Positions 51,139-61,885 of a stretch of DNA of 64,000 nucleotides are shown piece by piece (the stretch's first letter is position 1; every line of letters starts with the position of its first letter). The translations under genes and the position numbers were made by a program. The DNA lies in the NCBI GenBank assembly GCA_963769425.1, contig CAVYLP010000004.1, positions 1-64,000 of the forward strand, given 5' to 3'. Below the pieces are notes generated by a model, which worked only from the letters and a program-made list of their open reading frames with translations, did no database searches and was not told where the DNA came from. Origin of the DNA: Candidatus Bathyarchaeota archaeon. GTDB taxonomy: Archaea > Thermoproteota > Bathyarchaeia > TCS64.

Positions 51139-52665
51139 TTGGAGGATATGGGTTCAACGATTGGGCTGCTTTCGTCGTTTGCTGCCCTCGCTTTCGGTCT
51201 CTTCTTCTTCATCTACGCGGCAAAATATTACGCATCTATCCTGATCGCACTCAGTGCAATGGGCGTGAGAGGCCTTAGAGACGAGGAGCCCCTAGGTGAG
51301 GGGGCAGAGGACTGGAGAGACATGCCTCTCGTCTCAATCCACCTCCCGTTCTATAACGAGGCCAACGTCGCCAAGAGGGTCATCCAGGCGTGCATCGACC
51401 AGGACTACCCGAACCTGGAGGTCCTCGTTGCGGATGATTCGAGGGACGAGACTGTTCGGATTCTCAAGGAGTCCGGTTGGAGGAGGCGGCGGCCAATTGT
51501 CAAGTTCATTCACAGGCGGGATCGCAGCGGCTTCAAGGGCGGCGCCCTAACCGAAGCCCTCCGCTACATGGACCCGAGAGCCGAGTTCGTCGTCGTCTTC
51601 GACGCCGACTTCATACCCCCTCCCGACACGGTGAGGCGGTTCCTGAACAGGTTCAAGGAGGAGGACCCACCTGCTGTTAAAACCGATTTTCTCCTCAACA
51701 CCCAGCCGCTCACAAATCCCCGAAAACCGATAGCCGCGGTCCAGGGCTACCAGCAACACTATCTTAACAAATCTGAGAACTGGGTCACGCGTGGCGTCAG
51801 AGCCGAGTTCTCGGGGAGCTACATGATCGAGAGGGTGGCCGAGGAGAGGCTCGGCGCCATGAAGATGGTCAGCGGGAGCGTTTTCATGCTCCGTGCCGAT
51901 GTCCTCAGGGAGCTTCGGTGGGGGAAGAGCATCACGGAGGACTGGGAGCTGACCCTCCGCCTCTACAAAGAGGGATACCGTGTGTCCTACACCCCCCTTA
52001 TACAAGCCCCCGCAGAGATGCCGACGACCGTGAGGGCGCTTACGAAGCAGAGGATGAGGTGGGCGGAGGGGCACACCCACGCCGTCCGCAGACACTTCAG
52101 GGGCATACTGGGCTCGACCAGGCTCAGTATTGCTGAAAAGCTCGAGTTCCTCTACTTCGCCCCCTACTATCTCCAGAGCCTCATGCTACTCGCTGGCTCA
52201 GCCTTCTGGCTTCTCGCCGAGGTCAACCACCGATACCCCTGGTTCTGGCAGCCAGCCTTCGGGTGGAGCCTCCTTTTGAGCAACTTGCTCGCCTCCCCCC
52301 TAATGTGCCTCGCGGGGCTCTGGCTCGAGGGGGATCTGCGAGCCGACTACGGAGGCGCCTTCAGTCTCGTAGCCCTCACCTACATCCTCGCCCCCTACCA
52401 GGGGTATGCGGCGCTCCGGGGACTTCTCGAGAAGGAGGAGGGGAACTGGATCAGGACGCTGAAGACGGGGAGTGTCACAGACAGGTTCCTGCACCTTAAG
52501 CTGAGGGGGATGATGAGGTGGCTGAGGATCGGGGGCGGTTTCAGCAGGTACAGGCCGAGGGTAGAACTACCAGTTGTAAACCTCCCGGTTAGGGGGATGC
52601 TGGCCGTGGCGTCGTTGGCCCTTCTAGTGCTCCCGCCGGTTGTAGCGTTGATGTTGGTGATCTAG
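51139..52665 (+). CDS. Processive GT2 glycosyltransferase (cellulose/glucomannan synthase-like)
   Basis: DDS, FKGGAL, FDADF, TED and QRMRW motifs; N- and C-terminal TMs. Confidence 0.9.
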   Translation: MEDMGSTIGLLSSFAALAFGLFFFIYAAKYYASILIALSAMGVRGLRDEEPLGEGAEDWRDMPLVSIHLPFYNEANVAKRVIQACIDQDYPNLEVLVADDSRDETVRILKESGWRRRRPIVKFIHRRDRSGFKGGALTEALRYMDPRAEFVVVFDADFIPPPDTVRRFLNRFKEEDPPAVKTDFLLNTQPLTNPRKPIAAVQGYQQHYLNKSENWVTRGVRAEFSGSYMIERVAEERLGAMKMVSGSVFMLRADVLRELRWGKSITEDWELTLRLYKEGYRVSYTPLIQAPAEMPTTVRALTKQRMRWAEGHTHAVRRHFRGILGSTRLSIAEKLEFLYFAPYYLQSLMLLAGSAFWLLAEVNHRYPWFWQPAFGWSLLLSNLLASPLMCLAGLWLEGDLRADYGGAFSLVALTYILAPYQGYAALRGLLEKEEGNWIRTLKTGSVTDRFLHLKLRGMMRWLRIGGGFSRYRPRVELPVVNLPVRGMLAVASLALLVLPPVVALMLVI

Positions 52666-52935
52666 ATGGCAAGATACTACTCGATTCAAGGGAACAACCT
52701 ATACATGTACACGACGATGGGGGATGACCTCATCGACCTCAACTCAATCCCCGAGGGGCTCGGGCTCTTCAGCGCCGAGGTCCCTTGGAGGCTGACGCCT
52801 TGGGCGGCGGTCACCGAGGAGGCCCCGGAGGAGGGGCTGAGGGTGGCAGAGATACTCCTCAAGGAGAAGGGGTTCGAGTGTTCAACCATCGACAGTGGGG
52901 ACGTTCGAGGATTACTTCCTAAGCGGCGATGCTAA
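52666..52935 (+). CDS. Hypothetical protein
   Basis: ATG abuts the GT2 stop and follows GGTGA. Confidence 0.5.
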   Translation: MARYYSIQGNNLYMYTTMGDDLIDLNSIPEGLGLFSAEVPWRLTPWAAVTEEAPEEGLRVAEILLKEKGFECSTIDSGDVRGLLPKRRC

Positions 52936-53220
52936 TCTTCTCCCCTCACTTGAGTCGATTGTTGTGACGGAGGTCGTGCCGATGCACCAGTGGGAACTCG
53001 ACCACAGGCCGAGTATCCAGGCGAAGCCTCGAATGCGTCATCCGTCCATGAGGAGGAGGGCTCCGAAGCCCATCCCCCTGCAGAGGACTTCCAAGGGCTG
53101 ATTTGGAAAGTGACATGGCAAAGAGGCCCTTTTTTTCACCAAGCCTCCCCACGCGATCTGTTGATCCCATTGGATGGAAAGAGTTGTAAATCGGGGCACA
53201 TAATTGAATGGGATTCCGCC

Positions 53221-53721
53221 TTGATGACGGTTCACAAGTTCAACAGGGACGCTAACGTCAGTTACTCGACTCTGATGAGGGAGGCTTTCGAGGCGACGGT
53301 GAAGCTGGCGAGGACCATGGAGAGGGAACTCGGGAAGGAGAAAGCGCATAAGATACTCTATATGAGCCGCGTCGAGGGCGACCTCGCTATGATCGCCGAG
53401 CAGATGGAGGACCAGCAGCCGATCCAGACTTTTGCTGAGTTCAAGAAGCTCATGAAGGGGCTGCACGAGAACCAGTTCGCTCGGAACCTCTTCACAATCA
53501 CATACCCCGTTGACAACGATCATGAGATAGAGTTCAGGACGACGGAGTGCATACTCGCCAAGGTCTTCAGGGACATGGGCGCAGAGGACCTCGGTGATAT
53601 AATGTGCTGCCAGCCCGACTTCAACACAACCCCCGCCTACTGCAGGCGGGTGAGCCTGAAGAGGACGAAGTCCCTTATGAAGGGGGACGCATACTGCGAC
53701 ACGAAGTACTGCTGGAAGTAG
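53221..53721 (+). CDS. L-2-amino-thiazoline-4-carboxylic acid hydrolase-like (V4R-related) protein
   Basis: TECILAKVF...CCQPD...RTKSLMKGDAYCD. Confidence 0.8.
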   Translation: MMTVHKFNRDANVSYSTLMREAFEATVKLARTMERELGKEKAHKILYMSRVEGDLAMIAEQMEDQQPIQTFAEFKKLMKGLHENQFARNLFTITYPVDNDHEIEFRTTECILAKVFRDMGAEDLGDIMCCQPDFNTTPAYCRRVSLKRTKSLMKGDAYCDTKYCWK

Positions 53722-53722
53722 G

Positions 53723-54346
53723 CTAGTCTTCCTCTTCCTCGTCCTCTTCCGCCTTGGGTTGTGGTGCCTGGGCGTCGGTCTTCTTCCCGAAGCTCACGAT
53801 GAGGTCGATTAGCTGCTTCTGGTCTACCTCGGCGCGGCTCCTCCAGTCCATGTAGAGTACGCCCTTCTCGTCCTCACCCAGGTAGCCCTGCTGGATGTAG
53901 CGGTCGATGCTCATCTTTACGCGCCACCCGGGGAGCTTCTCCTGAAGGAGCTTCTCAACGTCGGTTCGGGGCGCCTTGCCCTGCTTCGAGATTATATATG
54001 CGATGGCGACTGCGAGGCCCGCGATGTCGTCTACGCGCCACCCGATGGTCTTCGCGGCCTTCTGGTCGATGCCGCTACGCATCGTTATGTAGAATCGGGC
54101 GTCTGCGAGCTGGGTCTGGTCAGGATCGATGATATTGGGGTCATCTAGTACGCGCGTTACCTGCAGGTCCATAGGCTGGAGTTGCTTGTCAAGCACCTCA
54201 AGCACGTTCTCCCAGTCGGGGCCGAGCTCCTGGCGGAGCTCCCAACCGCGTACCCCGGGCAGCCTGTGGTGCTGGAAGAATAGTAGGTGAACCGCTTCCT
54301 TGATCTTCCGGGCGTAGCCGGCCTCTGATCTTACCCTTTTCGCCAT
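53723..54346 (-). CDS. Tandem winged-helix KITE protein (Nse3/MAGE- or ScpB-like)
   Basis: Third gene of the SMC operon; [14 protein letters not shown]...YIQQGYL...[10 protein letters not shown] resembles the MAGE/Nse3 WH-B end; acidic tail. Confidence 0.6.
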   Translation of the reverse strand: MAKRVRSEAGYARKIKEAVHLLFFQHHRLPGVRGWELRQELGPDWENVLEVLDKQLQPMDLQVTRVLDDPNIIDPDQTQLADARFYITMRSGIDQKAAKTIGWRVDDIAGLAVAIAYIISKQGKAPRTDVEKLLQEKLPGWRVKMSIDRYIQQGYLGEDEKGVLYMDWRSRAEVDQKQLIDLIVSFGKKTDAQAPQPKAEEDEEEED

Positions 54347-55119
54347 ATTTTCCACTCCTCGTAGTCGACCAGCGTTGGTATGCTCACCTTCGCCTGCTCC
54401 GGGTCGGGGCTCGGCTCCACGTTGTGTATGATCTCCACCTTCTCCCCGAACCTGTCGGACTCTATGTTGGCGTAGCCGTAGCCGACGAGAAAGACGGTGA
54501 GGTAGCTGCGCTTGACGGTCTCCTCGTATGTTTCTGCGCCTATCCAGTCCCAGTAGGCGACGCGGCCGCCTTTACCGACTCGTGCCTCTAGCTCCTTCCA
54601 GAAGGAGTCCATGATCTCCGCAAAGCCCTCCTCGGGGAGGTATCCGAGGGCGCGCGCCTCGTCAAGCGTTGCCATTCCTGCGTCCACCATCTGGATGTTA
54701 GACTCCTTCCACCTCTCGGCGAGGGGGATTAGGTCGGTCCAGTAGCCGAGGCTCCCCGCGAGGGTGCTCGCGCTCAGCTGCTCCATCTGTACCATCGGGT
54801 GCCAGCTCCTGAGGAAGCTGTCGGCGATGGCGGAGATGTCCATGCGCTGAATCTGCTGGTTGAGCAGGAACGGGTCCTTGTAGAGGGTTGTGCTCTGGTG
54901 CTGTATCCAGTCGTTCTGACTCTGGAGGACGTCGCTGAGGCCCTTGATGGCCGCGGCGTCGGTGCAGAAGTCCTGGAGGCTCGTGGTCTCGGGGTAGTAT
55001 CTGCGGATGACCTCGAGCATGTAGTCGATGTCGACGGCGAATGGCTCGACGCTGCCGGCCTGCACCGCGCGGCAGAGGCTTATAACCCCGTTAAGTTCGT
55101 CTCTCTTTCTGCCGCTCAT
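54331..55119 (-). CDS. Kleisin (ScpA/Nse4-like)
   Basis: N-terminal [12 protein letters not shown] resembles ScpA DPWDIDI; C-terminal [22 protein letters not shown] resembles the kleisin WH; overlaps the SMC stop. Confidence 0.7.
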   Translation of the reverse strand: MSGRKRDELNGVISLCRAVQAGSVEPFAVDIDYMLEVIRRYYPETTSLQDFCTDAAAIKGLSDVLQSQNDWIQHQSTTLYKDPFLLNQQIQRMDISAIADSFLRSWHPMVQMEQLSASTLAGSLGYWTDLIPLAERWKESNIQMVDAGMATLDEARALGYLPEEGFAEIMDSFWKELEARVGKGGRVAYWDWIGAETYEETVKRSYLTVFLVGYGYANIESDRFGEKVEIIHNVEPSPDPEQAKVSIPTLVDYEEWKIWRKG

Positions 55120-57170
55120 TCTTGCACCAACTTGACGTCGCTCGTGTCCTCAGTCTTATGGACCATGATGATGTGGACGTCTTTCCCCTTGAAGGTGACC
55201 TGACTGGGGGTGATGGCCATGTACTGGTCCTTCGTCCCCTCCATGGTCGAGACGATGAACTCGCTGACGACCTCCTTGTTCTTTGGGTCCATGTGTAGGT
55301 CGAACTCGTCCACTGCCCTGAAGGGGCTGAGGACGTTCTGCTGGAGAGCTAGTAGGAAAGCCATGACAGTGGTGCTCCTCTCTCCTCCACTATGCGTGTA
55401 TGGGTCGAGGCGAGATAGCTGCCCGCCCTTGAAGCTGACGAATATCTCGAGCCCCGCCTCCTCTATGTCGGAGGGGTTGATGAGTCTTACCTCGCCGCGT
55501 GCCTGTAGCATGCTTAGGAGGCTCTGGTAGCGGGCGTTGACCTCGTCGAGGAGATTATGTATGACGTCCCCCCACTTGCGGGTGCGCTCCTCTATCTCCG
55601 TCATGACCTGGCGGCGGTCCTCCTGAACCTGGGCGACCTTCTCCTGTATCTCCTTGTAAGTCTTGGCGTAGGAGTCATACATCTCCTCAGCGTCCTCGGG
55701 GACCTCGGCGAGGCCCATGAGTATACCGGATGTCTTCCTTATCTCGTTGAGAACGTCGTCGCCGGTTCTGCCCGTCTCGACGCGTGGGCCCTTGATCTGA
55801 GCCTCCGCCTCGGCGTCTCTGCGCTCCGTATTGGCTCGGTCAATGTCGGCCTTCAGCTCCTCGATGCGGCGCTTGAGGCGGCCACGTTTGTCCTTCAGGA
55901 GGGCGAGCTGTATCCTGCCCTCGACGTGCTGGTCGGTGGCGGCGTCGATCTTGACGCGGAGAACCTCCATGTCCTCGGTGACACGACTCACGGAGACCTC
56001 GGCATCGCTCAGCTGCTTGCTTAGCTGCTTGATCCTCGACTCGGCCTCGCCCCTCTGGGTGATGAGCTCCCCGCTCCAACCGTCGAAGGTCTCACTCTGA
56101 GTCTTCTCTAGCTCCTCTATGATGTTGAAGTAGTCGTCGAGTTTGGTGGGGCCCTTCTTGAGTCGCTCCCTGAGGGTCTGAGCCGTAAGTTCGAGCTTCT
56201 TCCTCTGCTCACCGCTCGTCCCGAGCATCTTGTTTATGCTCTGGATGCGGTCCTTCGAGGAGTTTATGCTGAACTCGCTTATGCCTAGTGCCCTCTCGGC
56301 CTCGACGCGGCGCTCTATGAACTCCATCCACTGGCCGCGGAGCTGCTTCATGACTTCGTCGCTGTCGACGACTGCCTTACCGAATCTGTTCATCTCCTCC
56401 TCGGCGGAGTAGAGATCAGCGTCGGCTTGGTCGAGCTCCTGTTCGAGCTCCTTGACGTTTCCCTCCAGTTGGAGGACTCGGCTCCACGCCATCTCGCGTT
56501 GGAGGAAGTTCATGCGCGTCTGTAGCTTCTTCTTCTCCTGCAGACGCTCGTTCTGCTCGCGCCAGTAGGCGAGGGTCTCGCGTGCGCGGTCTAGGAGCTG
56601 GTTGAGGCTCTGCTCCTCGCTGAGTATGCCGCCGAGGCGCTGCTTCGCCTCGACGACATCTCTGCGGAAGGTGTTGAAGCCGACGGCTTCCTCGAGCATA
56701 ACAAGGCGCTCCTGTGGGCTGAGTTCTGCGAAGCGGCCGGGCATGTTTTGGTGCATGATGATGAGCATGTTGTCGGGGTCGAAGCCGAATCCGTCTAGGA
56801 GGTCGACGACCTCCGCCTTGCTGACAGTGCGCTGGTTTAGCTCGAACGTGTATTTACCGTCGCGACGGATGTTGCGTGCGAGGCGTACCTCGTCAACGTT
56901 GAAGGCGGGGACGGGGCGCCTACCGTTCTCGCGTGGGCTGTTGTCGAGTATGAGGCTGACCTCGGCCTGGTCCTGCTCCCAGCGGATGAGGTCGCTTAGC
57001 TTCTTGCTCCTCTCCGTGTAGGTGTCGCCTAGGGCGACGCAGATGGCGAGGAGGAAGCTGCTCTTCCCGGCGCCGTTGGGGCCGCAGACGACGTTTACGC
57101 CGTCCCTGAGCGGGATGCGTGCGTACTCGTAGGACATGAAATTCTTGATTATGACTTCCTTGATCAGCAT
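55116..57170 (-). CDS. smc: Short SMC-family ATPase with SMC5/6-type head motifs
   Basis: [14 protein letters not shown]-loop MHQ, long coiled coil, [19 protein letters not shown] and ITP. Confidence 0.9.
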   Translation of the reverse strand: MLIKEVIIKNFMSYEYARIPLRDGVNVVCGPNGAGKSSFLLAICVALGDTYTERSKKLSDLIRWEQDQAEVSLILDNSPRENGRRPVPAFNVDEVRLARNIRRDGKYTFELNQRTVSKAEVVDLLDGFGFDPDNMLIIMHQNMPGRFAELSPQERLVMLEEAVGFNTFRRDVVEAKQRLGGILSEEQSLNQLLDRARETLAYWREQNERLQEKKKLQTRMNFLQREMAWSRVLQLEGNVKELEQELDQADADLYSAEEEMNRFGKAVVDSDEVMKQLRGQWMEFIERRVEAERALGISEFSINSSKDRIQSINKMLGTSGEQRKKLELTAQTLRERLKKGPTKLDDYFNIIEELEKTQSETFDGWSGELITQRGEAESRIKQLSKQLSDAEVSVSRVTEDMEVLRVKIDAATDQHVEGRIQLALLKDKRGRLKRRIEELKADIDRANTERRDAEAEAQIKGPRVETGRTGDDVLNEIRKTSGILMGLAEVPEDAEEMYDSYAKTYKEIQEKVAQVQEDRRQVMTEIEERTRKWGDVIHNLLDEVNARYQSLLSMLQARGEVRLINPSDIEEAGLEIFVSFKGGQLSRLDPYTHSGGERSTTVMAFLLALQQNVLSPFRAVDEFDLHMDPKNKEVVSEFIVSTMEGTKDQYMAITPSQVTFKGKDVHIIMVHKTEDTSDVKLVQE

Positions 57171-57284
57171 CCGCGGCGCCTCTGAACTCCTGTGTCTAAC
57201 AGTCCTCTATTTTTAAACCTACCCCGCTTTTTTCCGGTGGGGTGGATGAAAGTGAAGGTAAAGGGTCGCCCTTAAACCTTTTAC

Positions 57285-58330
57285 ATGGATGCCGCCACGC
57301 TTGAGGGGATTGTGATGGTCAAGCTCTCTAAGAGGCAGGAGGCGGAGGCGATGCGCATACACGGTGAGGCGGTCGTCGTCGACACCCATTGCGACACTTT
57401 GATGGAGTTCATGCCCCAGCGATACGGGCAACCCGCGGCGAGGAAGCTGGGGCAGCGAAGCGATAAGGGGCACATCGACCTCCCACGCCTGAAGGAGGGC
57501 GGCATCGACTGCCAGACCTTCGCCATGTACACGGGGCGCCGCGAGGGGCAGCCGGACGCGCTCCTCACCGCGATGCAGATGACCGACGTCTTCTACAGGG
57601 AGATGGAGGAGAACGAGGAGGGGATCGTCCCCGTCACCTCCGTCGCGGGAGATACTCGCCGCGAAGGAGGTTGGCAAGTGCAGCGGGCTCCTCTCCATCG
57701 AGGGCGGTGAGCCGCTGATGGGTGACCTCGGCGTCCTCCGCAACTTCTACAAGCTCGGCGTCAGGATGCTCAGCTTCACGTGGAACTGGCGCACACCCTT
57801 CGCGGACGGGCAACTCGCGTCCCGAACCGAGAGCAAGCTCACGGACCTCGGCGTCAAGGCGATCGAGGAGATGGATCGCCTCGGCATCGTCCTCGACACG
57901 AGCCACATAAGCGACACCTGCTTCTGGGACATCGCCGACGTGAAGAAGGGCCCATTCATAGCGAGCCACAGCAACAGCCGCGTCGTCTGCGACCACAAGA
58001 CGGAACCTCACCGACGACATGCTGCAGGCCCTCGCTGACCACGGCGGGGTGACGGGGATGAACTTCGCCCCCGACTTCATCTCCAAGGATGGGGCCACCG
58101 TCGAGAAGCTCGTCGACCACATCGACTACATCGTGAAGAGGATCGGGCCGGACCACGTCGGACTCGGCTCCGACTTCGACGGCATAGGGACGCCCCCCGT
58201 GGGGCTCGAGGACGCCTCGAAGATGCCGAACATCACCCGGGAGCTCGTCCGCCGAGGCTACGAGGAGGAGGACATAAAGAAGATACTCGGCGGGAACCAC
58301 CTCCGGGTCCTCGGCCAGATCCTCAAGTAG
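57285..58330 (+). CDS. Membrane dipeptidase (M19) family protein (frameshifts near 57645 and 58000)
   Basis: VDTHCD, HIDLPRLKEGG, IEGG, DTSH, SHSN and GLGSDFDG. Confidence 0.9.
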
Positions 58331-58380
58331 CGTCACCTGACGGCGATATTTCTATCAACCCAAGCGACCAAGACTGTCAC

Positions 58381-59098
58381 ATGACTGCCTTCGAGGTTCT
58401 CTTCAGGGTGAAGCACGCTGGGGCTCTACTGGAGCTTAGCGAGCGCCACCCCTCAATGCGCGTCTACACGTGGTGCAACAGGGTCAACGAGGTGCTGGAG
58501 GTCGAGGTGGGTGACCCCTCTGAGTATAGTGAGGTGCTTAATGAGGTGGGGAAGGTCGCTACCATCGTGGGCGAGTCCGGGGAGGGGGGCTTCCACGTCA
58601 TCGAGTCCACCTGCTTCTGCACCCCTCAGAACAGCGTCGGGATGAACGTCGAGGACCTACCCGTGCTCCTCGTCTCCCCCGAGGTTATGAAGGGGGGCTG
58701 GGAGCACTACCGCCTCGTCTTCTTCAGGCACGAGGACTTCGCCGAGGTTCTGCGCAGGCTGGAGGCGAGGGGCTTCACCGTCGAGGTGCTGGAGAAGGCG
58801 GAGATCAGGGGTTCGCTCGCGGGAGCCTTCTGGAGGCCGACTCCTCTCGCCGGGAGCCTGCTCGAGGCCGATCGTCTTCTCCTCCCTCACGGGGAAGCAG
58901 ATGGACGCCATGATCCGGGCCTACACACACGGCTACTACCGCCTTCCTAGGTCGGCGGACATACAGGAGATCGCGAGGAGGGAGAGGGTGAAGAGGACGA
59001 CCTTCCAGGAGCACCTGAAGAAGGGGGAGAACAAGATAATCGAGCGGATCATCCCCTACATGAGGCTCTACGCCTCCCGGGCGTGGGCGGTCAGGTGA
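58381..59098 (+). CDS. Bacterio-opsin activator-type HTH_10 regulator (frameshifted)
   Basis: C-terminal AYTHGYYRLPR...TFQEHLKKGENKI. Confidence 0.8.
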
Positions 59099-59137
59099 CG
59101 CGGATAAGCTTACCCAGCTGAGGGAGGAGGATGAATC

Positions 59138-59495
59138 ATGACTGAGGGCATGATGGCTTGCTGCGGGCTCAACTGCGCGACCTGCAGGGCATACCTGTCG
59201 ACGAGGAAAGGTGACCGACGCCACGGCGGCCGAGATAGCGGCGCTCTGGTCCAACCCGGAGGAGGGCGACTATAAGCCGGAGGACATCTGGTGCGACGGG
59301 TGCCACTCGGAGAGGCTTCACGCCTTCTGTGCGAAGTGTCCCGTCAGGGCCTGCGTCAGGGGGAGGGGGCTCGGGAACTGTGGAGGGTGCGCGGAGTACC
59401 CATGCGGCAAGCTGGAGGCGCTGTGGGGGTCATGGGTCGAGGCCTCCCCCGTCGAGGCAAGGGCCAACCTAGACAAACTAAGACGCGGGGGTTAG
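59138..59495 (+). CDS. Cys-rich DUF3795-like protein (frameshift near 59210)
   Basis: ACCGLNCATC...CDGC...CPVRAC...NCGGCAEYPC. Confidence 0.75.
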
Positions 59496-59538
59496 ACTTT
59501 TCCTTCAACCAATAAAATCAACCAGCAACCCATCATGA

Positions 59539-59588
59539 ACTTTGTGTCACAAAGTATATATGTTTCACAAAGTACTCTGTAATCAAGG
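59539..59588. promoter_or_regulatory. Tandem ACTTTG-N5-CAAAGT operator-like dyads
   Basis: Perfect ACTTTGTGtCACAAAGT at 59539-59555, then ...TCACAAAGT ending at 59573 and a degenerate ACTCTGTAATCAAGG. Confidence 0.65.
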
Positions 59589-59596
59589 GATAAGGC

Positions 59597-60208
59597 TTGG
59601 GCGAAAACATAGACCTCAGGGAACTGCAGAAGAAGGCGATGTCCTCCTTCCACGAGGACGGCGTCATCGACATAATGATAGGCTTACTCGGACTCATCTG
59701 GGGCTTCTCAGCCTTCACCGACGACTCGTCCCTGAGCATAATCTGGATCGCCGTCGTGATACCCAGCTACTGGTGGCTGAAGAGGGAGTACACGATACCG
59801 AGGATAGGTCTAGTCCGCTTCTCGGGCCGGAAGAGCGGGGGGCGGTCGAGGACGCTCTTTGCGGGTCTGGTCGGGGCAGGCGTCGCTGTCGGCTTCGCGG
59901 TCTGGTGGTCGGCGACCCTGACGACCCGGCCGTTCTACTACTACCTCATCACCGATTACTGGGGAGTCATCTTGGGGGTCGGCGCCGCGGCTGCTGGAGT
60001 CGCCTACGCGAAGGTTTCTTACCTCCCCCGGTTCTATGCTTACTCCGCCCTCACCCTTGCGCTCATCGGCAGCGCCCAGTACTCGGGTCTCCCCTTCGGC
60101 GTCCACCTCATAGCCCTCGGGGCCTCTTTCCTCGTCTACGGGGGTTACCTTCTCTACAGGTTCACCCGGAAGTACCCGGTGCAGGCGGTCGACAGTCAAG
60201 TTGGCTGA
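59597..60208 (+). CDS. Multi-pass membrane protein
   Basis: About six TMs; DG...PRIGLVRF motif; overlaps the downstream regulator. Confidence 0.7.
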   Translation: MGENIDLRELQKKAMSSFHEDGVIDIMIGLLGLIWGFSAFTDDSSLSIIWIAVVIPSYWWLKREYTIPRIGLVRFSGRKSGGRSRTLFAGLVGAGVAVGFAVWWSATLTTRPFYYYLITDYWGVILGVGAAAAGVAYAKVSYLPRFYAYSALTLALIGSAQYSGLPFGVHLIALGASFLVYGGYLLYRFTRKYPVQAVDSQVG

Positions 60209-60504
60209 GACACCCGCCGACGGTATCGACAGGGTGATCCACGAGCCCGCCAGGCTCATGATAATGGCTTACCTATACGTCGTCGACTCCGCCGACTTCC
60301 TCTTTCTGATGAGGCAGACGGGTCTGACCTTCGGGAACCTCTCGAGCCACATGGCGAAGCTGGAGGGGGCCGGGTACATCGAGGTGGTGAAGGATTACGT
60401 TGAGCGGAGGCCCCACACGATGCTCAGAATGACGCCCAAGGGCAGGAGCGGCCTTCGAGGAGTACCGTCGAGGGATGGATAAACTCTTCAAAGGGCTGTT
60501 GTGA
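60201..60504 (+). CDS. Winged-helix (HTH_34-type) transcriptional regulator (frameshift near 60450)
   Basis: IDRVIHEPARLMIM...LTFGNLSSHMAKLEGAGYI...MTPKGR. Confidence 0.85.
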
Positions 60505-60519
60505 CAGATCCCATCTTCT

Positions 60520-61840
60520 ATGTATATTAGGTATGGTTCCCTCTCGAAGTTGCGGGGAACGACCCTGACAGACGGTGGGCTCAGGCGCAGGCTCGGCCTC
60601 TTCGACGCGACGGCGATAAACGTCGGGGCGATCATCGGCGGTGGTATATTCGTCGTCACGGGGATCGTCGCGGGGCTCGCGGGCTCCGCCCTCGTCGTCT
60701 CGATGCTCCTCGCGGCGGTGACCAGCCTCTTTACGGCGCTCAGCTACGCGGAGCTGGCGGCGTGGCTCCCTGAGGAGGGGAGCGTCTACGAGTACGGGTA
60801 CAGGCTCCTCTCACCCTCCGCGGGTTTCCTCGGAGGCTGGATGTGGTTGCTCTCCAACATATTCAGCGGCGCCGCGGTGGCCCTCGGGCTCGGCAACTAC
60901 ACGGCGGCACTGATCCCCGGTCTCAGCCCCAACCTCGTGGCAGCGGTCGTCTGCGTCGCCTTCACCGCTTTCAACTACCTCGGGATACAGCACTCGGCGC
61001 AGCTCAACAACGCGCTCGTCGTGGCGAAGCTGCTCATCTTGAGCTTCTTCGTCGCCTTCGGGCTTCTCTTCGTGAAAGCGGGGAACTTTCAGCCCTTCGA
61101 GCCCCTCAGGGTCGGCGTCCTCTACGGGGCGTTCTACATCTTCTTCGCCTACGGCGGTTTCGCGAGGGTGGCGGTCGTAGCGGGGGAGATCAGGGACGCC
61201 GAGAGGGTCGTGCCGAGGGCGATCGTGCTCTCCCTCGCCATCTCGACGGTCTTCTACATCGCGGTGGGGATGGTGGCTGTTGGGCTGGTGGGAGCGGGAG
61301 CCCTCGCTGGCTCGGGTCACCCGCTTGCGCTCGCGATAGGGGTGACGGGCAGCGACACCGCTGTGCTCCTCGTCTCCCTCGGCGGCATCATATCCACGGC
61401 GAGCGTCCTCCTTACGAGCATCCTCGGCGTCTCGCGACTCGGCTTCGCCATGTCGCGTCGGGGTGACATGCCCGCCATCCTAAGCAAGCTCCACCCCAAG
61501 TATGGTTCCCCCAGCGTCTCCGTCGTCCTCACGGGGGCACTCATGACTGCCCTCGCACTCCTCGTCGACCTAAGCAGCGTCGTCGCGGTGAGCACCTTCG
61601 CCATGCTCTTCTACTACGGCGTGGGCGACCTCGCGGCGATGAGACTCGAAAGGCTCGAATAGGCGCTACCCGTCTGTCGTGCCCGTGTTGGGGGTGGTGA
61701 CCTGCGTGGCGTTCATCGACTTCGCAGTCTTCCTGTCTCCGACCGCCTGGGTTAGGGGATGGTCACTCTCGGCGTAGGTCTTCTCTACTACCTCCTGGTC
61801 CACCGCGGGATGTCCAGATCAGGCGGCATGGCCCTCTATA
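60520..61840 (+). CDS. APC family amino acid permease (3' end frameshifted)
   Basis: GAIIGGGIF, SYAELAA, FFAYGGF and SRLGFAMSR; hydrophobic coding continues past the TAG at 61662 in another frame. Confidence 0.88.
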
Positions 61841-61885
61841 ACCCTTAAATGGGTCCCAGTCTTCCCCTTGCTTTAGGTGTAATAC

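Noticed and set aside
53723-57170. Wadjet/MksBEFG defence system or Rad50-Mre11
   Set aside because: No Toprim nuclease (JetD) or Mre11 neighbour, no zinc hook, and the gene order and head motifs differ
17517-61840. Mass pseudogenisation or programmed frameshifting (mobB, xpf, argS, GH1, TPP enzyme, dipeptidase, permease and others)
   Set aside because: Scattered single-base indels in otherwise intact genes, including essential argS, with no common slippery motif. Sequencing or assembly error is the simplest explanation; needs a read check.
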